DNA of 64,000 nt, taken from Parcubacteria bacterium C7867-007 (lineage in GTDB: Bacteria > Patescibacteriota > Minisyncoccia > Phycocordibacterales > Phycocordibacteraceae). The position numbers and the translations under genes were made by a program. The stretch lies in NCBI GenBank assembly GCA_001189195.1, contig LFCQ01000003.1, positions 71,059 to 135,058 on the forward strand, written 5' to 3'. The notes under the pieces were generated by a model, which saw only the letters and a program-made list of their open reading frames with translations, did no database searches and had not been told where the DNA came from. This document shows positions 48,207 through 56,156 of this stretch, in pieces (the stretch's first letter is position 1; each line of letters begins with the position of its first letter).

Positions 48207-48509
48207 TTACACAGCAATCTGTTGCGGAATGATCTGCACCCCGTTCCGCTGAGCAGGAATGTGGGCAAGGTCGGCAGGATCTTCGTACTGAACGACGATG
48301 ACCCATCCATGGTCATCGAGACGAAGTCCACCCCATTTTGTGAGTTGAAGAGGAAGAATCTCGAACAGGCGTGCCTGCACAACCTCCGCTACCTCATACG
48401 GGATGGGTTCAGGAAGAGAGATGGGTTCTCGCCTCCTGATGGCGACATGCACGGGAATTGAGAGCAAGGCGGCGAGCAATAGGATGTGCCAAGGTTCCAA
48501 TTGACCCAT
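48207..48509 (-). CDS. Small membrane-anchored protein, 100 aa, encoded inside repeat-array unit 3.
   Basis: ATG with a GGAGG Shine-Dalgarno 7 nt upstream. N-terminal TM WHILLLAALLSIPVHVAI, then a soluble domain. The ORF track starts it at an upstream TTG (48521). Confidence 0.5.
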   Translation of the reverse strand: MGQLEPWHILLLAALLSIPVHVAIRRREPISLPEPIPYEVAEVVQARLFEILPLQLTKWGGLRLDDHGWVIVVQYEDPADLAHIPAQRNGVQIIPQQIAV

Positions 48510-48540
48510 AGGGGCCTCCAATGATTGTTTCTAGGTGCAC

Positions 48541-48569
48541 TATATACGCAGTATGAACAAAGTCCCAAC
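48541..48569 (-). promoter_or_regulatory. Putative minus-strand promoter of array unit 3 (TTGGGA-16-TATATA).
   Basis: The -35 element overlaps the end of repeat copy B; the -10 is TATATA at 48546..48541. Confidence 0.35.
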
Positions 48570-48588
48570 ATCGTCCCAGACTGCCAGC
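48561..48588 (+). repeat. Array repeat copy B (AGTCCCAACATCGTCCCAGACTGCCAGC).
   Basis: 27 of 28 identical to the consensus. Confidence 0.8.
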
Positions 48589-48595
48589 AAATAAA

Positions 48596-48627
48596 TTCAT
48601 AAAAGAAAAACGCATCCGAAGATGCGT
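48596..48627 (-). terminator. Minus-strand rho-independent terminator of array unit 2.
   Basis: Hairpin acgcatcttcggatgcgt followed on the minus strand by ttttcttttatg. Confidence 0.75.
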
Positions 48628-48810
48628 CTGAAAACGGAGAAGAGCAGGAAGATGTGCTCTCCTGATGGAACCTTAAACAGACAACCGCGCCTACGGGCCT
48701 CCACTTAGGTGGGGAGGAACCAAGGCCATCTTTGTGACCTCAGGTCTGATCTCAGGTGCAACGGGCCATGAACCCCGTTGGGCAAGTTGGCATCTTCTCT
48801 TCCGCCTATC
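48600..48810 (-). ncRNA. Candidate non-coding RNA (array unit 2), about 210 nt, with its own promoter and terminator.
   Basis: Several stable hairpins (caacggg/cccgttg; ggaga.../...tctcc). No ORF longer than 13 aa with an RBS. Bounded by a promoter and an intrinsic terminator. Confidence 0.4.
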
Positions 48811-48817
48811 CGTTAGC

Positions 48818-48845
48818 ACCTTACCAAATCAGGTGTGCCGGTCAA
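48818..48845 (-). promoter_or_regulatory. Putative minus-strand sigma70 promoter of array unit 2 (TTGACC-16-TAAGGT).
   Basis: -35 at 48845..48840 and -10 at 48823..48818, immediately downstream (minus sense) of repeat copy C. Confidence 0.4.
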
Positions 48846-48848
48846 TCT

Positions 48849-48876
48849 GGTTCCAACATCGTCCCAGACGGCCAGC
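48849..48876 (+). repeat. Array repeat copy C (GGTTCCAACATCGTCCCAGACGGCCAGC).
   Basis: Near-identical to copies A, B and D. Confidence 0.8.
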
Positions 48877-48878
48877 TA

Positions 48879-48919
48879 TAAATAAAGAAAACCCCTTCCA
48901 TGACATTGGTCGGGGTTTT
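48879..48919 (-). terminator. Minus-strand rho-independent terminator of array unit 1.
   Basis: Hairpin aaaacccc...ggggtttt followed on the minus strand by ctttatttat. Confidence 0.65.
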
Positions 48920-49016
48920 GCACTGGATTTTGGTACACCAGTGTTCTCTCTTCGTGTCTTGTCAGGACAGTGCCAATGGGGGCATTGGAACGAGAGGCCA
49001 CATTAACTACAGTGGT
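48880..49016 (-). ncRNA. Candidate non-coding RNA (array unit 1), about 135 nt.
   Basis: Driven by a near-consensus promoter. Contains hairpins (ccaatgcccccattgg). No plausible ORF. Ends at an intrinsic terminator. Confidence 0.4.
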
Positions 49017-49022
49017 AAATCC

Positions 49023-49051
49023 ATCATAACAGCACAGATACTGTTTGTCAA
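49023..49051 (-). promoter_or_regulatory. Minus-strand sigma70 promoter of array unit 1 (TTGACA-17-TATGAT).
   Basis: -35 TTGACA at 49051..49046, 17-nt spacer, -10 TATGAT at 49028..49023, immediately after repeat copy D. Confidence 0.55.
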
Positions 49052-49057
49052 TAGTCC

Positions 49058-49085
49058 GGTTCCAACATTGTCCCAGACTGTCAGG
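49058..49085 (+). repeat. Array repeat copy D (GGTTCCAACATTGTCCCAGACTGTCAGG).
   Basis: 25 of 28 match the consensus. Confidence 0.75.
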
Positions 49086-49116
49086 AATAGAAAAACGCCA
49101 ACACAGAGTGAAGGCG
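49086..49116 (-). terminator. Minus-strand terminator-like hairpin of array unit 0.
   Basis: Hairpin aagcgccttcactctgtgttggcgtt followed on the minus strand by tttttctatt. The stem is imperfect. Confidence 0.45.
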
Positions 49117-49280
49117 CTTTAGTGGCTTGTAAGCCAAATATGCATGGAGTGTTAACTCTCCACGGGGCTAGCCAGTATGGGTCCCATATCCATACCGCGT
49201 CTGGATTCCGTGGAGATCCGATCCGACCTGAGCTTCTTACATCCCCAACCATCACTACACTAGCAACGGTAGCTCCAAGA
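49095..49280 (-). ncRNA. Candidate structured non-coding RNA (array unit 0), about 180 nt.
   Basis: Nested perfect stems (tctccacgg...ccgtggaga; ccag-gtatgg...ccatac-ctgg). Putative promoter TTGACA at 49309..49304. The only ORF runs through the terminator, repeat and promoter, so it is rejected. Confidence 0.35.
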
Positions 49281-49369
49281 GCAATTTAACCAAATAGTGT
49301 ATTTGTCAATAGTAGTATCAGTTACAGCATATTTCCAGACCTCTAATTAAAAGGTGGTATTGTTTTACT

Positions 49370-49807
49370 ATGAACGTAAAGGAATTCTCTAAAGCATACT
49401 TCTGGCCAACAAAACTACGGGTACTCGTATTCATAGTGCTGAGTATCTACGTAACTCTTAGTACATTGTTCCTTGCGCCGTTTATGAGCAAGGAGCTCGC
49501 ACCCCAGGAACTCACGGGGCTAGAGCAAGCAGGAATTGTTGCAACATACCCTGCAAAGGTGTTTGCTCAGTCATTCATATATATTTCTTCACACTTCCTT
49601 GCTGAGAAAGTAACTCTAAGAGAATTGATGGAGCAACCGAGCAATACCGGACTACCCGTTACTCCCAACGCATCAATAGAGAGCGCCACTATCACCCAAG
49701 CAAGCCCAATCGGATTTGCAACCGGTGCAATACTTGAATCTCTCACACTCTATCTTCTTGCGTGTTTAATCTCATTTGCACAAAAGCCAAGGAAAAAGAC
49801 TGTGTAG
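49370..49807 (+). CDS. Membrane protein, 2-3 TM.
   Basis: 145-aa ORF with an N-terminal TM LRVLVFIVLSIYVTLSTLFLA and a C-terminal TM. Confidence 0.45.
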   Translation: MNVKEFSKAYFWPTKLRVLVFIVLSIYVTLSTLFLAPFMSKELAPQELTGLEQAGIVATYPAKVFAQSFIYISSHFLAEKVTLRELMEQPSNTGLPVTPNASIESATITQASPIGFATGAILESLTLYLLACLISFAQKPRKKTV

Positions 49808-49836
49808 AAATCGGTTGTTTAGGGTATGGTATCGCT

Positions 49837-50877
49837 ATGGATTCCATAGCAGGCAAGAACATATTTGTAGGACTATCTGGAGGCGTGGACTCTGCGGTTT
49901 CTGCTGCGCTCCTACAAAAACAAGGTGCTGAGGTAACAGGGGTTTTCATTAAGGGATGGTATCCCCCTGGTATGCCGTGTACCTGGGCACAAGATCGTCG
50001 CGATGCCATGCGGGTCGCAGCACACCTCGGTATTCCATTTCATACTCTTGATGCATCAAAAGAATACAAGCAGGGAGTTATCGACTATCTGATCTCTGAA
50101 TACGCTGCAGGAAGAACACCTAACCCAGATATCATGTGCAATCGTGAGGTTAAGTTCGGAGCCTTCTATCGCTTTGCAAAAGAGCACGGTGCAGACTTCA
50201 TAGCTACAGGCCACTACGCACAGGCGAGGGAGGGTAGTCTAATGCGTGGTGTAGACAGCTCAAAGGACCAAAGCTATTTCTTGTGGGCAGTACCTAAAGA
50301 AGCAATGACACAAACTCTTTTCCCCGTTGGCGGAATACCTAAAAGAGAAGTGCGTATTCTCGCACAAAAGTTTGATCTTCCTGTTGCAGAAAAGAAGGAT
50401 AGTCAGGGAATATGTTTCCTTGGTTCCATTTCTGTTGATGAGTTTCTTAGAAAGGAACTGGAAACAACCGGAGGTGACGTGCTCGATGAGGAAGGAAAGA
50501 AGATTGGTACCCATGATGGTGCCGTGCTGCACACCCTTGGAGAACGTATTGTTCCTCATGGAGCAGAAAGTGGTCCTTGGTATGTAATACGGAAAGATCT
50601 CAACACGAACACACTAACAGTGCGCCATGGAAACGCTGCGCTGGAGGTGCCACCCAATACATTGAAGCTCCGTGAGACTAACTGGTTTAATACAGAAGCT
50701 CTCATGGGAACGATTCAGGCGCAGTATCGCTATCACGGTACAGTGATTACTGGGAGTTTCGATCTAGAAACCAATACCTTCACTCCTGAAGGATCCTTTA
50801 AAGAACCTGTTGCGTCCGGACAATCACTTGTCTTGTATCTTGGGGATACCTGTTTGGGGGGTGGTATCATCGAGTAA
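49837..50877 (+). CDS. mnmA: tRNA-specific 2-thiouridylase MnmA.
   Basis: PP-loop IFVGLSGGVDSAV and the MnmA catalytic Cys region (GICFLG). Start taken at the internal Met MDSIAGKN. Confidence 0.9.
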   Translation: MDSIAGKNIFVGLSGGVDSAVSAALLQKQGAEVTGVFIKGWYPPGMPCTWAQDRRDAMRVAAHLGIPFHTLDASKEYKQGVIDYLISEYAAGRTPNPDIMCNREVKFGAFYRFAKEHGADFIATGHYAQAREGSLMRGVDSSKDQSYFLWAVPKEAMTQTLFPVGGIPKREVRILAQKFDLPVAEKKDSQGICFLGSISVDEFLRKELETTGGDVLDEEGKKIGTHDGAVLHTLGERIVPHGAESGPWYVIRKDLNTNTLTVRHGNAALEVPPNTLKLRETNWFNTEALMGTIQAQYRYHGTVITGSFDLETNTFTPEGSFKEPVASGQSLVLYLGDTCLGGGIIE

Positions 50878-51708
50878 ATGCCAGACATCGTTAAAGCAGA
50901 CGGGACCATTGAAACATTCGTTCCTGAAAAACTAGAGGAGTCCCTGCGTCGTGCCGGTGCTGGTGCAGGTGCTGCAGAGAAGATCCGTCGCACCATTGAA
51001 GCAAGTATTGCTCCTGGTTCAGAGAGTAGCGATATATATAAGCGTGCGTTCCAGATGCTCCGTCGCGAAGGACGGGCTGCAGCAGCCCGCTATAGCTTGC
51101 GTCGTGCACTGTTTGAGTTTGGTCCTTCTGGCCATCCTTTCGAGGACTTTGTTTCAGAACTCTTTAAGAAAGAGGGGTGGAAGATTGAGACCCGTCGTTT
51201 GATTCCTGGAAAGTGCGTCACTCATGAGGTGGATGTATATGCGACACGGGGTAACGAGACGTTAGCGGCGGAGCTTAAGTATCATAATGACCCAGGGTAC
51301 AAAACAGATGTGAAGGTGGCTTTGTATGTGAAAGCACGCTTCGATGATATCTGGCAGTGTGATCCTGCGGTGGATAAATCGTGTCCTATTGATCGTGGAT
51401 ACCTCGTCACCAACACAAAGTTCACGTCACAGGCAGTGGATTACGCAACGTGTTCTGGATTAAATCTGCTTGGGTGGAGTTATCCGCATCATGGAAATCT
51501 CTATGACCGCATCATTGCGAGCGGTCTCTATCCGATCACTGCTCTCACCACACTCCGCAAGGCAGAGAAGCGCCTTCTTATCGATAGGAATATCTCCACC
51601 ACTGATCTGCTCAGACAGCATCGTGAACTGTTGCGTGAAATTGGAGTGACCCCAGAACGTGTGGGTTCTATCATCGCCGAAATAGAGACTTTGAACGATA
51701 CCCATTAG
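50878..51708 (+). CDS. ATP-cone domain fused to an Mrr-like (PD-(D/E)xK) restriction-endonuclease domain.
   Basis: N-terminal MPDIVKADGTIETFVPEKLEESLRRAG (ATP-cone pattern). Central FEDFVSELFKKEGWKIE...HEVDVYA...AELKYH (Mrr_cat-like D/E-x-K). About 100 aa of C-terminal extension. Confidence 0.55.
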   Translation: MPDIVKADGTIETFVPEKLEESLRRAGAGAGAAEKIRRTIEASIAPGSESSDIYKRAFQMLRREGRAAAARYSLRRALFEFGPSGHPFEDFVSELFKKEGWKIETRRLIPGKCVTHEVDVYATRGNETLAAELKYHNDPGYKTDVKVALYVKARFDDIWQCDPAVDKSCPIDRGYLVTNTKFTSQAVDYATCSGLNLLGWSYPHHGNLYDRIIASGLYPITALTTLRKAEKRLLIDRNISTTDLLRQHRELLREIGVTPERVGSIIAEIETLNDTH

Positions 51709-51728
51709 AGCAGTTATACTAGAGGTAT

Positions 51729-52523
51729 ATGGCAGAGTTCCGCAAGCAATACAATCCAAACCGTAGTTCAGACTGGAACTATGGTGGTTCTAAGTGGCGT
51801 CTCTCACGCTCAAAGATTGAGCTCTTCACAGAATGTCCTCGCTGCTTCTATTTAGATAACAAACTTGGTACCGCACGTCCTCGTGGTCCTGCCTTCACTC
51901 TTAACATTGCAGTTGATGCGCTTCTTAAGAAGGAGTTTGATGTACACCGTATAGACGGAACGAAGCATCCCCTCATGGAGACATACGACATCAATGCCGT
52001 ACCGTTCAAACATAAGAACATGAACACGTGGCGTGAGAACTTTGAAGGTGTGGAGTTCAAACACAAAGAAACAGGCTTCACTATTTCAGGTGCAGTGGAT
52101 GATATCTGGGTTAATCCCGCAGGTGAATTGATCGTGGTGGATTATAAAGCAACGTCTAAAGAAGGAACGATCACCACACTCGCAGACTCATCGTGGAACG
52201 AACAGTATCAACGACAAATGGGAGTGTATCAGTGGCTCCTTCGTAACAACGGCTTTACGGTTTCTCCTATGGGCTATTTTGTGTATGCAAATGCGCACAG
52301 CGATAAGTCCGCCTTTGATGGACAATTGGAGTTTGAAGTAACGGTGGTTCCCTGTGAAGGGAATACTGATTGGATTGATGACGTACTTCCCAAGATAAAG
52401 GAAACTCTAGAAAGTGGAGCCCTACCGCCAGTGGGGGAAGGGTGTGAGTACTGCGTATATCGGGAAGCTTCAGGAAAGAAGTTGCAGGAGATACACAAAA
52501 AGAGTTTGCAGGTGCAGAAGTAG
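51729..52523 (+). CDS. PD-(D/E)xK nuclease with Cas4/AddB-type cysteines (RecB-family exonuclease-like).
   Basis: N-terminal CPRC, catalytic core VDDIW...LIVVDYKAT (D...D/E-Y-K) and C-terminal CEYC. No cas genes nearby. Confidence 0.55.
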   Translation: MAEFRKQYNPNRSSDWNYGGSKWRLSRSKIELFTECPRCFYLDNKLGTARPRGPAFTLNIAVDALLKKEFDVHRIDGTKHPLMETYDINAVPFKHKNMNTWRENFEGVEFKHKETGFTISGAVDDIWVNPAGELIVVDYKATSKEGTITTLADSSWNEQYQRQMGVYQWLLRNNGFTVSPMGYFVYANAHSDKSAFDGQLEFEVTVVPCEGNTDWIDDVLPKIKETLESGALPPVGEGCEYCVYREASGKKLQEIHKKSLQVQK

Positions 52524-52534
52524 GGTAAACGAAA

Positions 52535-52557
52535 CCCCGCGCAAGCGCGGGGCCAAT
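52535..52557 (-). terminator. Minus-strand terminator hairpin between convergent genes.
   Basis: ccccgcgcaagcgcgggg, followed on the minus strand by tttcgtttac. Confidence 0.5.
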
Positions 52558-52569
52558 ACGTAGAGACTC

Positions 52570-52791
52570 CTACTTCGTTTCTCTTAGAAGCGGGAGTCCT
52601 GCTTCACGAACGTACACCTTCCCTTGAATCACCATGTGGCTATAGGGAGGTACAAATGCGAGTAGTGCACGAGCGTCCTCGATCGTGTGCACCATTGAGA
52701 CAATTGATACTGCTGGATCCTGCGCTTGAGTCTGCAGATACTGTGCTGCAAGATTTCTGTCAGGTTCGAAGATAAGAACGTTTTTGTCCAT
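52570..52791 (-). CDS. Small hypothetical protein.
   Basis: 73-aa ORF with a terminator downstream; no family recognised. Confidence 0.3.
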   Translation of the reverse strand: MDKNVLIFEPDRNLAAQYLQTQAQDPAVSIVSMVHTIEDARALLAFVPPYSHMVIQGKVYVREAGLPLLRETK

Positions 52792-52871
52792 CTAACACCT
52801 CGTGTGTGGCTGCGAATGTTTTAACACATCTATACATCTTTGTCTAAATTGGGATACGCTATACTCGACCT

Positions 52872-53540
52872 ATGGAAGTGAAGATTGAAGAGTCTTGGAA
52901 GAGTCATCTGAAGGATGAGTTTGATAAACCTTATTTCAAAGCGCTCACCACTTTTGTAAAAGAAGAGTATACAAAGACAACGGTATATCCTGCACCAAAG
53001 AGTATATTCCGTGCATTTGAGCTAACACCGTTTGAACAAGTGAAGGTGGTGATTCTTGGACAAGATCCATACCATGGCCCCAAACAAGCTATCGGACTCT
53101 CTTTTGCAGTGAGTGAAGGAGTGCGTAATCCACCATCTCTCCAAAACATCTTCAAAGAGTTAGAGAGCGACTTGGGTGTGCCACTTGTACACACTGATGG
53201 CGACTTAACCCGCTGGGCAGAACAAGGTGTTCTCCTACTAAACGCCACCCTCACTGTACGTGCTGCATCTGCTGGCTCACACCAAGGAAAAGGATGGGAG
53301 CAGTTCACTGATGCGGTAATACAGAAACTCTCAGATGGACGTGAGCACTTAGTATTTATTCTTTGGGGCAACTACGCGCGAGCTAAGGGTGCACACATTG
53401 ATCGTTCTAAGCATCTTGTTATTGAATCTGCACACCCCTCTCCATTCTCTGCGCACAATGGGTTCTTTGGATCAAAACCATTTAGCAAAGCAAACGAATA
53501 CCTGAAGATACAGGGAGAAAAACCTATTAATTGGCTATAG
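52872..53540 (+). CDS. ung: Uracil-DNA glycosylase, family 1.
   Basis: Water-activating loop GQDPYHGP, LLLNATLTV and the HPSPFSA (HPSPLS-like) motif. Confidence 0.9.
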   Translation: MEVKIEESWKSHLKDEFDKPYFKALTTFVKEEYTKTTVYPAPKSIFRAFELTPFEQVKVVILGQDPYHGPKQAIGLSFAVSEGVRNPPSLQNIFKELESDLGVPLVHTDGDLTRWAEQGVLLLNATLTVRAASAGSHQGKGWEQFTDAVIQKLSDGREHLVFILWGNYARAKGAHIDRSKHLVIESAHPSPFSAHNGFFGSKPFSKANEYLKIQGEKPINWL

Positions 53541-53567
53541 AAAGGAGAACTGGTATCTTGAAAGTAT

Positions 53568-54857
53568 ATGGCAGCTTCGATACCAGCTATCGAGTTCGTT
53601 CGCGAACTTGATGGGATACAGGAATATACCCTAAAGAATAATGGTCTACGCATTCTCCTTGTGCCAGATGATTCAGTACCTGTTGCGGGCGTAATGGTTA
53701 CCTATCATGTTGGCTCCCGTAACGAGGCAACCGGATACACCGGCGCAACCCATCTCCTTGAGCATCTTATGTTTAAAGGGTCAGAACGTTTCAATCATGA
53801 GAATGGAAACGGGATTGAAGACTCAATCGAATCATTGGGTGGAGTACTTAACGCCACAACATGGTTTGATCGAACAAATTATTACAGCATCGTGCCATCA
53901 AATAACGTACATCTTCCTATCGAAATAGAGGCAGATCGTATGCGCACTGCTCGTATAACAGAAAAAGATCGTGCCAGTGAAATGCCAATCGTGAGAAATG
54001 AGTATGAGCGCGGTGAGAACCTTCCTATGGAAGCACTGGATAAAGCAATATGGTCTGCTGCTTTTATTGCTCATCCCTACCACCATTCAACCATTGGGTG
54101 GAAAAGCGACATTGAGGGCGTATCTATTGAGCGATTAAACGAGTTCTATAATGATTTCTATTGGCCCAACAATGCAACACTTACCGTTGCGGGGCGTTTT
54201 GAGACCAAAGGAGTTTTAACACTTATAAAGAAGGAATTTGGCAAACACTCAAAATCTCCTAAAGCGTTCCCAGCCCTATACACTGAGGAACCGCCACAGG
54301 AAGGTCAGCGTAGGGCAATAGTAAAACGTGCAGGTACAAATACTGTTGGTGTCGCGTATAAGATACCGAACGCCCTGCACGCTGATATTCCAGCACTTCT
54401 TATTCTTTCGAACATACTTGATGGAGACAACACGAGCCGTCTGTACCGTGCATTTATCGATACAGCAAAGGCAACTAGCATAAGTACATACTGTATGGAG
54501 CTTCGTGATCCCGCTCTGTTTGTGTCCTATATATCACTATCTCCCAAAACCACCCATGGTGAAGCAGAAAAGGTGTTCATTCAGGAACTAAGCAAGATTC
54601 AAGAGAAGGGAGTTACGTCTGCAGAACTTGTGCGTGCAAAGCGTGCAGTACGTAGATTTGTTGCTGCTCGTCGTGACGGTGCATACAATTTACTTTCAAG
54701 TTTGAATGAGGATCTCGCAACGGGCGATTGGACACGATTTGTTACCCAGCCTGAGAAAATGCAGAAGGTGACTGCAGCAGACATAAAACGAGTTGCGTGC
54801 AGCTATTTCAAAGAAGATCAGTCGACTATTGGTTATTTCATTAATACTGCTTCATAG
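53568..54857 (+). CDS. M16-family zinc peptidase (insulinase-like), active subunit.
   Basis: Inverted zinc motif HLLEHLMFKGS (HxxEH) and a downstream Glu-rich region (NEYERGEN). Confidence 0.85.
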   Translation: MAASIPAIEFVRELDGIQEYTLKNNGLRILLVPDDSVPVAGVMVTYHVGSRNEATGYTGATHLLEHLMFKGSERFNHENGNGIEDSIESLGGVLNATTWFDRTNYYSIVPSNNVHLPIEIEADRMRTARITEKDRASEMPIVRNEYERGENLPMEALDKAIWSAAFIAHPYHHSTIGWKSDIEGVSIERLNEFYNDFYWPNNATLTVAGRFETKGVLTLIKKEFGKHSKSPKAFPALYTEEPPQEGQRRAIVKRAGTNTVGVAYKIPNALHADIPALLILSNILDGDNTSRLYRAFIDTAKATSISTYCMELRDPALFVSYISLSPKTTHGEAEKVFIQELSKIQEKGVTSAELVRAKRAVRRFVAARRDGAYNLLSSLNEDLATGDWTRFVTQPEKMQKVTAADIKRVACSYFKEDQSTIGYFINTAS

Positions 54858-54859
54858 GT

Positions 54860-56131
54860 ATGGGATCAATCGCATCAAATGTTACCGAACTAGAGCTTGC
54901 AGATGGTGCACGCATCTTTATTTCACCCACTAAGGCAAAAGATGTGGTGACTGTTCGTGGAAGTGTATTGGGTGGATGGAACATGCTCCCGCATGGACGT
55001 GGGGATATACAAACTCTTGCCGTTGAGTTGATGGATGCCGGTACCAGCACAAAAAGCAAAGACCAGATCCGTGAAGCACTTAGTGATCGAGGTATTAATC
55101 TGTCATTTTCTGCTGGGGGTGATAGGACGTACTTCTCGGGTTCATGCTTGCCTGAAAATCTTGGCTTTCTTCTAGAAACAGTTGTTGAATGCCTGACTGG
55201 AGCAAATTTCCCCGCTAAAGAAATTGCTCTCGCAAAAGAGCGTGCTCTGGGTGAATGGGAAGAATCAAGAACAGATACAAAATTGCAGGCATCAATTGCG
55301 CTTCAGCGTGAGCTTTATAACCCAACACACTTCAACTACGCATACAGCATTGACGAGCGTATCACTCAGACCAAAAGCGTCACGCGCACGGAGTTGCTAA
55401 CGTTTAGAAAAACGCTTGGTCGCAAAGGACTCATACTCGCAATAGCAGGAGATGTGGCCTTGAAGAACACAGAACGAGTTGTACGGATGGCACTGGCCAA
55501 ACTTCCAGAGGGTACCGCAACAGTGCCTGTAAAGAAGTTAAATACAAAAAGTCCTTCAAATAAAGAAACACTTATACCAATAAAGGATAAGGCAAACATT
55601 GATGTTTTCATTGGTGCAGCAACACCTTTTACTATTGATCATCCTCTCTACCTTGCATTTGCACTATTGATGGAGATGCTCGGTGCACGCGGCCTTTCAG
55701 CAGGACACTTAATGCGCACTATTCGGGAACGTGATGGCTTAACCTATGGTATCTATGCGCAGCTTTTTGGATTCTCTGATGGTACAGATGGCGCAATGCG
55801 TATCTGGGCAACATTTTCTCCCGCAACATATAAGAAGGCAGTTGCTGCAACTCGCGCTGAGATAGCTGTTTTTCTTAAAACCCTAGTGACCCGTGATGCA
55901 CTACTTAAGATTCAGGACCGTATTTCTGGGTCATATATAGTGAGTCTTTCAACCACAGAGGGACTAGCAAATATGCTTCACATGATTGGAAGAGACGGAA
56001 AGGCACTTTCGTACATGGATACCTACCCAGACCTCGTTCGTTCGGTCACTATTGAAGACTTGGTTGAAGTGATGAAACTGGTACCATTCAATTCACTTTC
56101 ACTTGCAGCAAGTGGTTCATTCCAAAAATAA
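54860..56131 (+). CDS. M16-family peptidase, non-catalytic partner subunit.
   Basis: M16 fold length and conservation without HxxEH; adjacent to the active subunit. Confidence 0.75.
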   Translation: MGSIASNVTELELADGARIFISPTKAKDVVTVRGSVLGGWNMLPHGRGDIQTLAVELMDAGTSTKSKDQIREALSDRGINLSFSAGGDRTYFSGSCLPENLGFLLETVVECLTGANFPAKEIALAKERALGEWEESRTDTKLQASIALQRELYNPTHFNYAYSIDERITQTKSVTRTELLTFRKTLGRKGLILAIAGDVALKNTERVVRMALAKLPEGTATVPVKKLNTKSPSNKETLIPIKDKANIDVFIGAATPFTIDHPLYLAFALLMEMLGARGLSAGHLMRTIRERDGLTYGIYAQLFGFSDGTDGAMRIWATFSPATYKKAVAATRAEIAVFLKTLVTRDALLKIQDRISGSYIVSLSTTEGLANMLHMIGRDGKALSYMDTYPDLVRSVTIEDLVEVMKLVPFNSLSLAASGSFQK

Positions 56132-56156
56132 CTAGCATTATGCTATCTTCAACTCT

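Noticed and set aside
48113-49085. CRISPR array interpretation of the four 28-nt repeats.
   Set aside because: The spacers are 200-420 bp and unequal. They contain promoters, terminators and even a 100-aa ORF. No cas genes are present and the repeat is not palindromic.
48113-49085. dif/Xer (IMEX) or integron attC interpretation of the 28-nt repeat.
   Set aside because: The repeat has no internal dyad symmetry (the two arms are not inverted), and it does not contain GTTRRRY/RYYYAAC attC cores. The cassettes also carry their own promoters, unlike integron cassettes. A different, unidentified recombination system is not excluded.
48900-49289. ORFs 48900-49289 (plus) and 49007-49255 (minus) inside the repeat array.
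   Set aside because: Both read straight through a repeat copy, a terminator hairpin and a consensus promoter, which is incompatible with the clear promoter and terminator unit structure. They have no RBS.
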